A DNA stretch of 64,000 nt from Octopus vulgaris (GCA_951406725.2 CATOCA020000012.1:1-64000), one strand, 5' to 3'. Counted from the first letter of the stretch, positions 14,402-30,269 are shown. The notes: generated by a model from the letters alone, not told the origin. Made by a program: numbers and translations.

Positions 14402-15860
14402 TGTTTGTCTGCGTGTATTTTTAAAATCTTCCGATTATCGCTGACTTGAAATATACATTTCATTTCGTTTGCCATTGCTAAAGTTAGATTGTATCTGAGA
14501 CAGAATTGAAAATGCAAAGTTTCTGTTGACAGGATACCTGAATTTTCTGTATCTTTTGCTGACCCACCCCACTCACGCCATTTAATTTCATCAGTACTTA
14601 AGGCCTTCTTCTCTCTCTCTGTCTACCCCTCTCTCTCTGTCTACCTCTCTCTGTCTGTCTGTCTGTCTGTATTTAACTCACTATACAACATATAAGTTTC
14701 TCTCTCTCTCTCTCTCAATATAAAACTATTCTTCTCTATTATTACCCGTTGCTAAGCAACTCAGGGAAAAGGTGTGTGCGTGTGTGATTGTGTTTTCAAT
14801 TGTGTGTGTGTATGTGTGCGTTTGTGCCTTTCGATACCAGTGCGTGCGTAACGATACACACACAAACCTCCACAAACATAAACGCACAAAATTGAAAAGA
14901 CACAGTTACACACTCAAACACTCGCACACAGAAACGAAAATACACACGCACACTCACATTCACACACGCACACATACATACAGACAAACACCACACACAC
15001 ACACACACACAAAAATGAAAATACACAGTTACACACTCACACGCACACACACGCGCACACACTAGAGCGCACATACACACGCACACGCACAAGCAATGAA
15101 CTGGAAACGCGCGCACGCAGACACAGAAAGGAAAGCACACATATGTGTGTGTGTGTATTTATGAATAGATTTTGTAGATGGAAACTGAAAGAAGCCCATC
15201 GTATATAAATGTATACATATATGTGTGTGTGTGAGTGTGTGTGTCTGTTTGTCCCCCCTTCAACATCGCTTGACAACCGATGTTGGGGTGTTTACATCCC
15301 CGTCAATTAGCCGCTTGGTAAGAAACGCTAGGCTTGAAAAGAATAAGTCTTGGGATCGATTTGCTCGACTAAAGGCGTTGCTCCAGCATGGCCACAGTCA
15401 GATGACTGAAACAAGGAAAATAAAAACATATATATATATATATATGTATATGTTTATGTATATATATATATATATATGGATATATATATATATAGGCGCA
15501 GGAGTGGCTGTGTGGTAAGTGGCTTGCTAACCAACCACTTGGTTCCGGGTTCAGTCCCACTGCGTGGCATCTTGGGCAAGTGTCTTCTGCTATAACCCCG
15601 GGTCGACCAATGTCTTGTGAGTGGATTTAGTAGACGGAAACTGAAAGAAACCTGTCGTATATATGTATATAGACTTAGGTGTGGCTGTGTGGTAAGTAGT
15701 TTGCTAACCAGCCACATGGCTCCGGGTTCAGTCCACTGCGTGGCATCTTGGGCAAGTGTCTTCTGCTATAGCCCCGGGCCGACCAATGCCTTGTGAGTGG
15801 ATTTTGTAGACGGAAACTGAAAGAAGCCTGTCGTATATATGTATATATATATATGTATAT

Positions 15861-16091
15861 AGGCGGCGAGCTGGCAGAAACGTTAGCACGCCGGGCGAAA
15901 TGCGTAGCCGTTTTTCGTCTGTCGTTACATTCTGAGTTCAAATTCCGCCGAGGTCGACTTTGCCTTTCATCCTTTCGGGGTCGATAAATTAAGTACCAGT
16001 TTCGCACTGGGGTCGATGTAATCGACTTAATCCCTTTGTCTGTCTTTGTTTGTCCCCTCTATGTTTAGCCCCTTGTGGGTAGTAAAGAAAT
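15861..16091 (+). mobile_element. Full-length tRNA-derived SINE B with a Meta-domain-like central region
   Basis: A-box-like TGGCAGAAACG, B-box-like GAGTTCAAATTCC, central GCCTTTCATCCTTTCGGGGTCGATAAATTAAGTACCAG (resembles the MetaSINE domain, from recall). It lies in a TA tract and is absent from the other three tandem units. Confidence 0.85.
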
Positions 16092-16248
16092 ATATATATA
16101 TGTATATATTTATCTCTTATTATAAAAGGTAGATTTTATCTGCCTCCCTTTGTCAGTTATAGGATTTCTTCTGCCTCCCTTTGTCAATATAGGATTTCTT
16201 CAATTACAATTTACCTGAGTATATATATATCTGTATATGTTTATGTAT

Positions 16249-16282
<34 letters not shown>

Positions 16283-16285
16283 GTT

Positions 16286-16316
<31 letters not shown>

Positions 16317-18306
16317 GTTATTTTATTTTACTTGTTTCAGTCATTTGGAAGTGGCCATGCTGGAGCACCGCCTTTAGTCGAGCAAATTGATCAGGCCGTC
16401 AAGAAGGCTATCCATATGCTAGAAATAGCAGCCAAAGCTAACGAAAGTACGATAAAATAAGTCCAACAATGGTTGTAATTTTTATTCTTGGTTAAGATTT
16501 TTAACATTAGTTCACTCGATTACAGCTGTGTAGTAAATTAATTATTGTCTAACTCTGACAGCCGTAAATGAGCAGGTAATACGACTGGGATAATCACAAC
16601 TATCATCTATGTACAAGGGTTAGGTAATCACAGGGTGATTTGGTTGCTATTTCTAGGATACTGAGCAACAATGTAGCGGCACTCTCTCTCTGACTTATGT
16701 ATGTATGTATGTATGTATGTATGTATGTATGTATATGTATGTTTGTATGTATGTTTCTATGTATGTGTGTATGTATGTATGTGCGTGTGTGTGTGTGTCT
16801 GTCTGTCTTTGTGTATATGTTAATTTATCGACCCCGAAGGATGAAAGGCAAAGTCGACCTCGGCGGAATTTGAACTCAGACAGTAGCGGCAGACAACGTA
16901 CCTATTTCTTTATTACCCACAATGAGCTAAACACCCAGAAGACAAACAAAGACAGACAAAGGTATTAAGTCGATTATATTGACCCCAGTGCGTAACTGGT
17001 ACTTATATAATCGACCCCGAACGAATGAAAAGCAAGGCCGACCTCGGCGGAATTTGAACTCAGAGCGGAGCGGCAGACAAAATACCTATTTCTTAACTAC
17101 CCACAAGGGGCTAAACGCACAGGGGACAAACAATGACAGACATACTGATTAAGGCGATTATATCGACCCCAGTGCGTAACTGGTACTTTATTTATCGACC
17201 CTGAAATGATGAAAGGCAAAGTCGACCTCGGCGGAATTTGAACTCAGGACGTAACCGCAGACGTAATATACCTATTTCTTTACTACCCACAAGGGGCTAA
17301 ACACAGAGGGGACAGACAAACGGATTAAGTCGATTACATCGACCCCAGTGCGTAACTGGTACCCAAATTATCGACCCTGAAATGATGAAAGGTAAAGTCG
17401 ACCTCGGCGGAATTTGAACTCAGAACGTAACGACAGACGAAATACCTATTTCTTTACTACCCACAAGTGGCTAACACAGAGGGGACAAACAAGGACAGAC
17501 AAAGGGATTAAGTCGATTACATCGACTCCAGTGCGAAACTGGTACTTTATTTATCGACCCTGAAATGATGAACGGCAAAGTCGACCTCGGTGGAACTTGA
17601 ACTCAGAACGTAATAGCAGACGAAATACCTATTTCTTTACTACCCACAAGGGGCTACACACAGAGGGGACAAACAAGGACAGACAAAGCGATTAAGTCGA
17701 TTACATCGACTCCAGTGCGCAACTGGTACTTTATTTATCGACCCTGCAATGACTAGGTAAAGTCGACCTCGGCGAAATTTGAACTCAGAACATAACAGCA
17801 GACGAAATACCTATTTCTTTACTACCCACAAGGGGCTACACACAGAGGGGACAAACAAGGACAGACAAAGGGATTAAGTCGATTACATCGATTACAGCTG
17901 TGTAGTAAATTAATTATTGTCTAACTCTGACAGCCGTAAATGAGCAGGTAATACGACTGGGATAATCACAACTATCATCTATGTACAAGGGTTAGGTAAT
18001 CACAGGGTGATTTGGTTGCTATTTCTAGGATACTGAGCAACAATGTAGCGGCACTCTCTCTCTGACTTATGTATGTATGTAAGTATGTATGTATGTATGT
18101 ATGTATGTTTCTATGTATGTATGTATGTATGTATGTGCGTGTGTGTGTGTGTGTGTGTGTCTGTCTGTCTTTGTGTATATGTTAATTTATCGACCCCGAA
18201 GGATGAAAGGCAAAGTCGACCTCGGCGGAATTTGAACTCAGACAGTAGCGACAGACAACGTACCTATTTCTTTATTACCCACAATGGGCTAAACACCGTA
18301 CTTATT

Positions 18307-18395
<89 letters not shown>

Positions 18396-18895
18396 TGTAG
18401 GGTAGCGGCAGACGAAATACCTATTTCTTTACTACCCACAAGGGGCTAAACACAGGGGGGAAAAACAAGGACAGACAAACGGATTAAATCGATTATAATG
18501 ACCCCAGTGCGTAGTAACTGGTACTTAATTTATCGACCCCGAAGGATGGAAGTCAAAGTCGACCTCGGCGGAATTTGAACTCAGACGTAGCAGACAATAT
18601 ACCTATTTCTTTACTACCCACAAGGGGCTAAACACAGAGGACAAGAAACGACAGACATAAGGATTAAGTCGATTATATCGACCCCAGTGCGTAACTGGTA
18701 CTTTATTTATCGACCCTGAAATGATGAAAAGCAAGGTCGACCTCGGCGGAATTTGAACTCAGAGCGTAGCGGCAGACGAAATACCTATTTCTTTACTACT
18801 CACAAGAGGCTAAACACAGAGGGGACAGACAAGGACAGACATACGGCGATTATATCGACTCCAGTGCGTAACTGGTACATATATATATACAGTGC

Positions 18896-18945
<50 letters not shown>

Positions 18946-19520
18946 ATATATATATATATGTAGATGTATATATATATATATATAACAAGATAAAGATTTT
19001 TATTTTTCATGGACTTCAAAATTTGCCAGAAAATAATGGATCGTGCCAAGATTTTGTTGCTACTTCTAGCATGTAGAGATTACCTGTTAAAGCGTAATTT
19101 TCTATTTTGAAATATCTATATATCTATATATTTACTACCCACAAGGGGCTAAACGTAGAGGGGACAAACAAGGACAGACAAAGGGATTAAGTCGATTACA
19201 TCGACCCTAGTGCGAAACTGGTACATATATATATTCTTTTATTCTTTTCTTTTACTTGTTTCAGTCATTTGACTGCGGCTATGCTGGAGCACCGCCATTA
19301 GTCGAACAACTCGACCGCGGGACTTATTCTTTTGCAATCTTCAGTACTTATTCTATCGGTCTCTCTTGCCGATCGGGGACATAAGCACACCAGCATCGGT
19401 TGTCAAGCAATGCTAGGGGACAAACACAGACACACAAATACACACTCAGTGGGACTGAACCCGCAACCATGTGGTTGGTAGACAAGCTACTTACCACACA
19501 GCCACTCCTGCGCCTATATT

Positions 19521-19673
<153 letters not shown>

Positions 19674-19902
19674 ATATATCTATACATATGTGTGTGTGTG
19701 TATATATATATGTAGATGTATATATATATATATATATAAAAAATAAAGGTCTTTATTTTTCATGTACTTCAAAATTTGCCAGAAAATAATGGATCGTAGC
19801 AATCTTTGCTGTTATTTCTAGCATGTAAAAATTGCCTGTTAAAGGGTAATTTTCTATTTTGAAATATATATATACATATATATATTTATATATATTTATA
19901 TA

Positions 19903-19938
<36 letters not shown>

Positions 19939-19981
19939 AATATTTAAATATATATATATAAATATCTATATATCTATATAT

Positions 19982-20013
<32 letters not shown>

Positions 20014-21023
20014 GTATGTATGTATATATGTATGTCTCTCTCTCTCTCTCTCTCTCTGTCTTTTACGCTCTCTCTGTCTGTATTTAACTCATATAAGTTT
20101 CTCTCTCTCTCAATATAAAACTATTTTTCTCTATTATTACCCGTTGCTAAGCAACTCAGGGAAAAGGTGTGTGCGTGTGTGACTGTATTTTCAATTGTGT
20201 GTGTGTGTGAGTGAGTGTGTGTGTGTGTGTGCGTGTGTGTTTGTGTGTGTGTGCGTGTGTGTGTGTGTTTGTGTTTGTCTGCGTGTATTTTTAAAATCTT
20301 CCGATTATCGCTGACTTGAAATATACATTTCATTTCGTTTGCCATTGTAAAGTTAGATTGTATCTGAGACAGAATTGAAAATGCAAAGTTTCTGTTGACA
20401 GGATACCTGAATTTTCTGTATCTTTTGCTGACCCACCCCACTCACGCCATTTAATTTCATCAGTACTTAAGGCCTTCTTCTCTCTCTCTGTCTACCCCTC
20501 TCTCTCTGTCTACCTCTCTCTGTCTGTCTGTCTGTCTGTCTGTATTTAACTCACTATACAACATATAAGTTTCTCTCTCTCTCTCAATATAAAACTATTC
20601 TTCTCTATTATTACCCGTTGCTAAGCAACTCAGGGAAAAGGTGTGTGCGTGTGTGATTGTGTTTTCAATTGTGTGTGTGTATGTGTGCGTTTGTGCCTTT
20701 CGATACCAGTGCGTGCGTGCGTAACGATACACACACAAACCTCCACAAACATAAACGCACAAAATTGAAAAGACACAGTTACACACTCAAACACTCGCAC
20801 ACAGAAACGAAAATACACACGCACACTCACACTCACACACGCACACATACATACATACAGACAAACACCACACACACACACACACACAAAAATGAAAATA
20901 CACAGTTACACACTCACACGCACACACACACGCACACACTAGAGCGCACATACACACGCACACGCACAAGCAATGAACTGGAAACGCGCGCGCGCGCACG
21001 CAGACACAGAAAGGAAAGCACAC

Positions 21024-21065
<42 letters not shown>

Positions 21066-21917
21066 TTATGAATAGATTTTGTAGATGGAAACTGAAAGAA
21101 GCCCATCGTATATAAATGTATACATATATGTGTGTGTGTGAGTGTGTGTGTCTGTTTGTCCCCCTTCAACATCGCTTGACAACCGATGCTGGGGTGTTTA
21201 CATCCCCGTCAATTAGCCGCTTGGTAAGAAACGCTAGGCTTGAAAAGAATAAGTCTTGGGATCGATTTGCTCGACTAAAGGCGTTGCTCCAGCATGGCCA
21301 CAGTCAGATGACTGAAAACAAGGAAAATAAAAACACATATATATATATATATATGTATATGTTTATGTATATATATGTATATGTTTACGTATATATATAT
21401 ATATATATATGGATATATATATATATATAGGCGCAGGAGTGGCTGTGTGGTAAGTGGCTTGCTAACCAACCACTTGGCTCCGGGTTCAGTCCCCACTGCG
21501 TGGCATCTTGGGCAAGTGTCTTCTGCTATAGCCCCGGGTCGACCAGTGCCTTGTGAGTGGATTTAGTAGACGGAAACTGAAAGAAACCTGTCGTATATAT
21601 GTATATAGACTTAGGGGTGGCTGTGTGGTAAGTAGCTTGCTTAACCAGCCACATGGCTCCGGGTTCAGTCCCACTGCGTGACATCTTGGGCAAGTTTCTT
21701 CTGCTATAGCCCCGGGCCGACCAATGCCTTGTGAGTGGATTTTGTAGACGGAAACTGAAAGAAGCCTGTCGTATATATGTATATATATATATGTATATAT
21801 TTATCTCTTATTATAAAAGGTAGATTTTATCTGCCTCCCTTTGTCAGTTATAGAAATCTACAATATAGGATTTCTTCAATTACAATTTACCTGAGTATAT
21901 ATATATCTGTATATGTT

Positions 21918-22001
<84 letters not shown>

Positions 22002-22401
22002 ATTTTATTTTACTTGTTTCAGTCATTTGGAAGTGGCCATGCTGGAGCACCGACTTTAGTCGAGCAAATCGATCAGGCCGTCAAGAAGGCTATCCATATG
22101 CTAGAAATAGCAGCCAAAGCTAACGAAAGTACGATAAAATAAGTCCAACAATGGTTGTAATTTTTATTCTTGGTTAAGATTTTTTTAACATTAGTTCACT
22201 CGATTAGCTGTGTAGCAAATGAATTATTGTCTAACTCTGACAGCCGTAAATGAGCAGGTAATACGACTGGGATAATCACAACTATTATCTAAGTACAAGG
22301 GTTAGGTAATCACAGGGTGATTTGGTTGCTATTTCTAGGATACTGAGCAACAATGTAGCGGCACTCTCTCTCTGACTTATGTATGTATGTATGTATGTAT
22401 G

Positions 22402-22432
<31 letters not shown>

Positions 22433-24094
22433 GTATGTATGTTTGTATGTATGTTTCTATGTATGTGTGTATGTATGTATGTGCGTGTGTGTGTGTGTCT
22501 GTCTGTCTTTGTGTATATGTGAATTTATCGACCCCGAAGGATGAAAGGCAAAGTCGACCTCGGCGGAATTTGAACTCAGACAGTAGCGGCAGACAACGTA
22601 CCTATTTCTTTATTACCCACAATGAGCTAAACACCCAGAAGACAAACAAAGACAGACAAAGGTATTAAGTCGATTATATTGACCCCAGTGCGTAACTGGT
22701 ACTTATATAATCGACCCCGAACGAATGAAAAGCAAGGCCGACCTCGGCGGAATTTGAACTCAGAGCGGAGCGGCAGACAAAATACCTATTTCTTAACTAC
22801 CCACAAGGGGCTAAACGCACAGGGGACAAACAATGACAGACATACTGATTAAGGCGATTATATCGACCCCAGTGCGTAACTGGTAATCTTCTTTATTTAT
22901 CGACCCTGAAATGATGAAAGGCAAAGTCGACCTCGGCGGAATTTGAACTCCAGGACGTAACCGCAGACGTAATATACCTATTTCTTTACTACCCACAAGG
23001 GGCTAAACACAGAGGGGACAGACAAACGGATTAAGTCGATTACATCGACCCCAGTGCGTAACTGGTACCCAGATTATCGACCCTGAAATGATGAAAGGTA
23101 AAGTCGACCTCGGCGGAATTTGAACTCAGAACGTAACGACAGACGAAATACCTATTTCTTTACTACCCACAAGTGGCTAAACACAGAGGGGGACAAACAA
23201 GGACAGACAATTAGGGATTAAGTCGATTACATCGACCCCAGTGCGAAACTGGTACTTTATTTATCGACCCTGAAATGATGAACGGCAAAGTCGACCTCGG
23301 TGGAACTTGAACTCAGAACGTAATAGCAGACGAAATACCTATTTCTTTACTACCCACAAGGGGCTACACACAGAGGGGACAAACAAGGACAGACAAAGCG
23401 ATTAAGTCGATTACATCGACTCCAGTGCGCAACTGGTACTTTATTTATCGACCCTGCAATGACTAGGTAAAGTCGACCTCATGGCGAAATTTGAACTCAG
23501 AACATAACAGCAGACGAAATACCTATTTCTTTACTACCCACAAGGGGCTACACACAGAGGGGACAAACAAGGACAGACAAAGGGGTAATACGATTAAGTC
23601 GATTACATCGATTACAGCTGTGTAGTAAATTAATTATTGTCTAACTCTGACAGCCGTAAATGAGCAGGTAATACGACTGGGATAATCACAACTATCATCT
23701 ATGTACAAGGGTTAGGTAATCACAGGGTGATTTGGTTGCTATTTCTAGGATACTGAGCAACAATGTAGCGGCACTCTCTCTCTGACTTTGTGTATATGTT
23801 AATGTATCGACCCCGAAGGATGAAAGGCAAAGTCGACCTCGGCGGAATTTGAACTCAGACAGTAGCGACAGACAACGTACCTGTTTCTTTATTACCCACA
23901 ATGGGCTAAACGCCTTACTTATGTATGTATATCTATATGTGTATGTATGTATGTATGTGCGTGTGTGTGTGTGTGTGTGTGTCTGTGTGTGTGTGTGGCA
24001 AAGTCGACCTCGGCGGAATTTGAACTCAGACAGTAGCGACAGACAACGTACCTATTTCTTTATTACCCACAATGGGCTAAACACCTTACTTATT

Positions 24095-24163
<69 letters not shown>

Positions 24164-24473
24164 GTGTAGGGTAGCGGCAGACGAAATACCTATTTCTTTA
24201 CTACCCGCAAGGGGCTAAACACTGGGGGGAAAAGCAAGGACAGACATAACGGATTAAATCGATTATAATGACCGCAGTGCGTAGTAACTGGTACTTAATT
24301 TAATCGACCCCGAAGGAATGGAAAGTCAAAGTCGACCTCGGCGGAATTTGAACTCAGACCGTAGTGGCAGACAACATACCAATTTCTTTACTACCCGCAA
24401 GGGGCTAAACACAGAGGGGACAAACAAGGACAGGCATACGGCGATTATATCGACTCCAGTGCGTAACTGGTAC

Positions 24474-24507
<34 letters not shown>

Positions 24508-25092
24508 GTGTGTGTCTGTATATATATATATATGTAGATGTATATATATATATATAACAAGATAAAGATTTTTATTTTTCATGGACTTCAAAATTTGCCA
24601 GAAAATAATGGATCGTGCCAAGATTTTGTTGCTACTTCTAGCATGTAGAGATTACCTGTTAAAGCGTAATTTTCTATTTTGAAATATCTATATATCTATA
24701 TATTTACTACCCACAAGGGGCTAAACATAGAGGGGACAAACAAGGACAGACAAAGGGATTAAGTCGATTACATCGACCCTAGTGCGACACTGGTACATAT
24801 ATATATTCTTTTATTCTTTTCTTTTACTTGTTTCAGTCATTTGACTGCGGCCATGCTGGAGCACCGCCATTAGTAGAACAACTCGACCCCGGGACTTATT
24901 CTTTTGCAATCCCAGTACTTATTCTATCGGTCTCTCTTGCCGATCGGGGACATAAGCACACCAGCATCGGTTGTCAAGCAATGCTAGGGGACAAACACAG
25001 ACACACAAATACACACTCAGTGGGACTGAACCCGCAACCATGTGGTTGGTAGACAAGCTACTACCACACAGCCACTCCTGCGCCTATATATA

Positions 25093-25281
<189 letters not shown>

Positions 25282-25498
25282 TATACATATGTGTGTGTGT
25301 GTATATATATATATGTAGATGTATATATATATAAATATATAAAAAAATAAAGGTCTTTATTTTTCATGTACTTCAAAATTTGCCAGAAAATAATGGATCG
25401 TAGCAATCTTTGCTGCTATTTCTAGCATGTAAAAATTGCCTGTTAAAGGGTAATTTTCTATTTTGAAATATATATATATATACATATATATATTTATA

Positions 25499-25532
<34 letters not shown>

Positions 25533-25818
25533 CATATATATATTTATATATACATATATATATTTAAATATATATAAATATATCTATATATCTATATATA
25601 TATATATATATAGATATATATATATATATGTTTGTATGTACATATGTATGTCTCTCTCTTTCTCTCTCTCTGTCTTTTACGCTCTCTCTCTGTCTGTATT
25701 TAACTCACTATCTAACATATAAGTTTCTCTCTCTCTCAATATAAAACTATTTTTCTCTATTATTACCCGTTGCTAAGCAACTCAGGGAAAAGGTGTGTGC
25801 GTGTGTGACTGTATTTTC

Positions 25819-25854
<36 letters not shown>

Positions 25855-26643
25855 ATGCGTGTGTGTGTGTGTGTGTGTGCGTGTGTGTGTGTGTTTGTGT
25901 TTGTCTGCGTGTATTTTTAAAATCTTCCGATTATCGCTGACTTGAAATATACATTTCATTTCGTTTGCCATTGTAAAGTTAGATTGTATCTGAGACAGAA
26001 TTGAAAATACAAAGTTTCTGTTGACAGGATACCTGAATTTTCTGTATCTTTTGCTGACCCACCCCACTCACGCCATTTAATTTCATCAGTACTTAAGGCC
26101 TTCTTCTCTCTCTCTGTCTACCCCTCTCTCTCTGTCTACCTCTCTCTGTCTGTCTGTCTGTCTGTATTTAACTCACTATACAACATATAAGTTTCTCTCT
26201 CTCTCTCAATATAAAACTATTCTTCTCTATTATTACCCGTTGCTAAGCAACTCAGGGAAAAGGTGTGTGCGTGTGTGATTGTGTTTTCAATTGTGTGTGT
26301 GTATGTGTGCGTTTGTGCCTTTCGACACCAGTGCGTGCGTGCGTAACGATACACACACAAACCTCCACAAACATAAACGCACAAAATTGAAAAAACACAG
26401 TTACACACTCAAACACTCGCACACAGAAACGAAAATACACACGCACACTCACACTCACACACGCACACATACATACATACAGACAAACACCACACACACA
26501 CACACACACAAAAATGAAAATACACAGTTACACACTCACACGCACACACACACGCACACACTAGAGGGCACACACACACGCACACGCACAAGCAATGAAC
26601 TGGAAACGCGCGCGCGCGCACGCAGACACAGAAAGGAAAGCAC

Positions 26644-26681
<38 letters not shown>

Positions 26682-27391
26682 TTATGAATAGATTTTGTAG
26701 ATGGAAACTGAAAGAAGCCCATCGTATATAAATGTATACATATATGTGTGTGTGTGTGTGTGTGTTCTGTTTGTCCCCCTTCAACATCGCTTGACAACCG
26801 ATGCTGGGGTGTTTACATCCCCGTCAATTAGCCGCTTGGTAAGAAACGCTAGGCTTGAAAAGAATAAGTCTTGGGATCGATTTGCTCGACTAAAGGCGTT
26901 GCTCCAGCATGGCCACAGTCAGATGACTGAAACAAGGAAAATAAAAACATATATATATATATATATGTATATGTTTATGTATATATATATATATATATAT
27001 GGATATATATATATATATAGGCGCAGGAGTGGCTGTGTGGTAAGTGGCTTGCTAACCAACCACTTGGCTCCGGGTTCAGTCCCACTGCGTGGCATCTTGG
27101 GCAAGTGTCTTCTGCTATAGCCCCGGGTCGACCAATGCCTTGTGAGTGGATTTAGTAGACGGAAACTGAAAGAAACCTGTCGTATATATGTATATAGACT
27201 TAGGGGTGGCTGTGTGGTAAGTAGCTTGCTAACCAGCCACATGGCTCCGAGTTCAGTCCCACTGCGTGGCATCTTGGGCAAGTGTCTTCTGCTATAGCCC
27301 CGGGCCGACCAATGCCTTGTGAGTGGATTTTGTAGACGGAAACTGAAAGAAGCCTGTCGTATATATGTATATATATATATGTATATATTTA

Positions 27392-27852
27392 TCTCTTATT
27401 ATAAAAGGTAGATTTTATCTGCCTCCCTTTGTCAGTTATAGAAATCTACAATATAGGATTTCTTCAATTACAATTTACCTAGCATTTTTAAGAGTAGAAT
27501 GCATCGGTATTTGCCAGGTCCGGTTTTTAAAATTTCAACCCCAATTAAGCAAAATTTAGAGAAAACTCACATTCTGGTGTATATGTCAAATGCTTTTCTT
27601 AATTTGGGTTACAGCACACGCAAACGCACACACACAGTGTGCAACGAATAAACTGAAACTGATTCACTTTGTGTTGACAGGTAGACAATAGAATGCGATG
27701 GCGATGTAATATTTGTTTCTGTCTATGACGCTGATAGATACATGAGCAAAATGTATGGGAAGCTAACAGATAAGAGTGAGTGAAAATGTTCTTGGAAGAG
27801 AGTAAATAGCGAGAGTGTGATTTGAGGAAGACTTTACATTAAATAACCGTAG
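27392..27852 (+). mobile_element. Probable non-autonomous Helitron; its first ~90 bp also occur truncated at ~9521, ~16112 and ~21804
   Basis: A|TCTCTTATTATAAAAGG 5' end is Helitron-like. Putative 3' end CCGTAG|T is an imperfect CTAG with no clear hairpin, so the right boundary is uncertain. Confidence 0.5.
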
Positions 27853-27857
27853 TGGCT

Positions 27858-27891
<34 letters not shown>

Positions 27892-27895
<4 letters not shown>

Positions 27896-28160
27896 CATAA
27901 GACAGTAAGGTGTGATTTGAGGGAGATGTGGCTGCTATTTCTACCATGTCTAGCTGCCATGTAGGGGTCTCCCTCATAGGCTCATACATACATATATACA
28001 TAGATAAGACAGTAAGGTGTGATTTGGGGGAAATTTGGCTGCTATTTCTACCAGGTCTAGCTACCATGTAGAGGTCCCCCTCATTGGCTCATATATATAT
28101 ACATACATAAGACAATGAGGTGTGATTTGAGGGAGATTTGGCTGCTGTTTCTACCAGGTC
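27892..28160. repeat. Three-copy ~108-bp tandem repeat
   Basis: ATAAGACAGTAAGGTGTGATTTGAGGGAGATTTGGCTGCTATTTCTACCAGGTCT-like units at ~27897, ~28004 and ~28107. Confidence 0.9.
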
Positions 28161-28229
28161 TGTTAGGCCTTCTCATGTAAACTCAAGCTTTCTCATGCCT
28201 TGAACATAAGACCAAAGCAGAGAATGTAT

Positions 28230-28440
28230 TCTTTTATTCTTCTGCTTTTTCAAGCCATTGGTCTGTGGTCATGCTGGGGCAATGCCTTAAAGAATTGTAG
28301 TTTAATGAATCAACTCCAGTTTTATTTTTGTAAGCATTGTACTTATTCTATCTGTTTCCTTTGTCAAACCACTAGGTGACAGGGATGTAAACAAACCAAC
28401 ATTCGTTGTCAAGCAGTGGTGGAGGACAATCACAAGCACA
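28230..28440 (-). mobile_element. Old diverged SINE A-related 3' fragment
   Basis: GTGGTCATGCTGGGGCA...TACTTATTCTATC...GTTGTCAAGCAGTGGTGGAGGACAA resembles the reverse complement of the SINE A 3' half. Confidence 0.6.
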
Positions 28441-28480
28441 GACACGCACACACACACACATACAGCATACACATATACAC

Positions 28481-28511
<31 letters not shown>

Positions 28512-28529
28512 TTTGTGTGTATATATATA

Positions 28530-28850
28530 TTGCAGCGTGGAAGGTGTTTGTAAGCCATTTAAGAAACACACAAAAACCGTTAGATTCACTTCAACATTTA
28601 AATTTCATTTGCCAAAATATTTTCCTCGCTTTGAGACCGCGACCTGTTCACTGAAAAAAATATCGTGCTAACAGGTCGCGGTCTCAAAGCGACGAGAATA
28701 TTTTGACAAATTAAATTTAAATGTTGAAGTGAATCTAACGGTTTTTGTGTGTTTCTTAAATGGCTTATAAACACCTTCAACGCTGCAACTGTTTTCGTTC
28801 CAGCACACGATCTCAGATCAAGTCACTTGCTATGCAAGTACATCTCTGTA
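28530..28850. mobile_element. Foldback/MITE-like element with ~118-bp inverted arms; left arm probably truncated
   Basis: 28530-28648 (TTGCAGCGTGGAAGGTG...GCGACCTGTT) is the near-perfect reverse complement of 28670-28788, with a ~21-bp loop. The right side continues to ...CATCTCTG|TA. Confidence 0.75.
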
Positions 28851-28946
28851 ACTATATATATATTTATATATATATATGTATATTGGTAAAAACAGTAAGA
28901 TAACAAAAGAAAGAAAGAGACCTCAATATTATGTAAATAGAGGAAA

Positions 28947-29345
28947 TCTTTATATATAAAAGTGAGGTTGTGTGTCTGTCTGTCTCCTACGATTTAGATT
29001 CCTAACTACTCCCACATTTTGCGGTGCAGTTTAACCAAAACCGGGTATCTTATAGTCGTGATTCATATCGAGCCCGTCTGGGTAATAGCGCGCGTCTACG
29101 ATGAGTCTACGATTTAAAAAAAAATTTACCATCAATTTTTCACATTTTTAATCCATTTTTGACATATATAAGGGAAGTAACTCTCTAAAATTTATTATTA
29201 AATCTCAGAACGTAAAAAGCTACAGTAACACCCCGCCCCCTTTGTGGTTAGCCATATTGAGATGGCTATTATACTTTACATCTCTAAAAATGCTTATATA
29301 ATTATTTCCCTTACAAACCCGAGCAACGCCGGGCGATACTGCTAG
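28947..29345 (+). mobile_element. Non-autonomous Helitron (399 bp)
   Basis: A|TCTTTATATATAAAAG start; subterminal CCCGAGCAACGCCGGG hairpin; ends CTAG|T. Confidence 0.9.
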
Positions 29346-29365
29346 TGTATATATATGTATATGTT

Positions 29366-29940
<575 letters not shown>

Positions 29941-29971
29941 ATATATACATACATATAGATATGTATTTACG

Positions 29972-30043
<72 letters not shown>

Positions 30044-30144
30044 GATATGTATGAACGTATGTGTGTACATATATATAAACGTGTGTGTATATGTAACATA
30101 TTTCTAAGAATAGATACATTCATACATACATCTACATATACATA

Positions 30145-30184
<40 letters not shown>

Positions 30185-30269
30185 TGATTGATTGATTGAT
30201 TCTAGTTTCAGCTCATGAGCTGTGGCCATGCTGGGGCACCGCCATTTGGTGTTGCTACTTGGTTTTACT

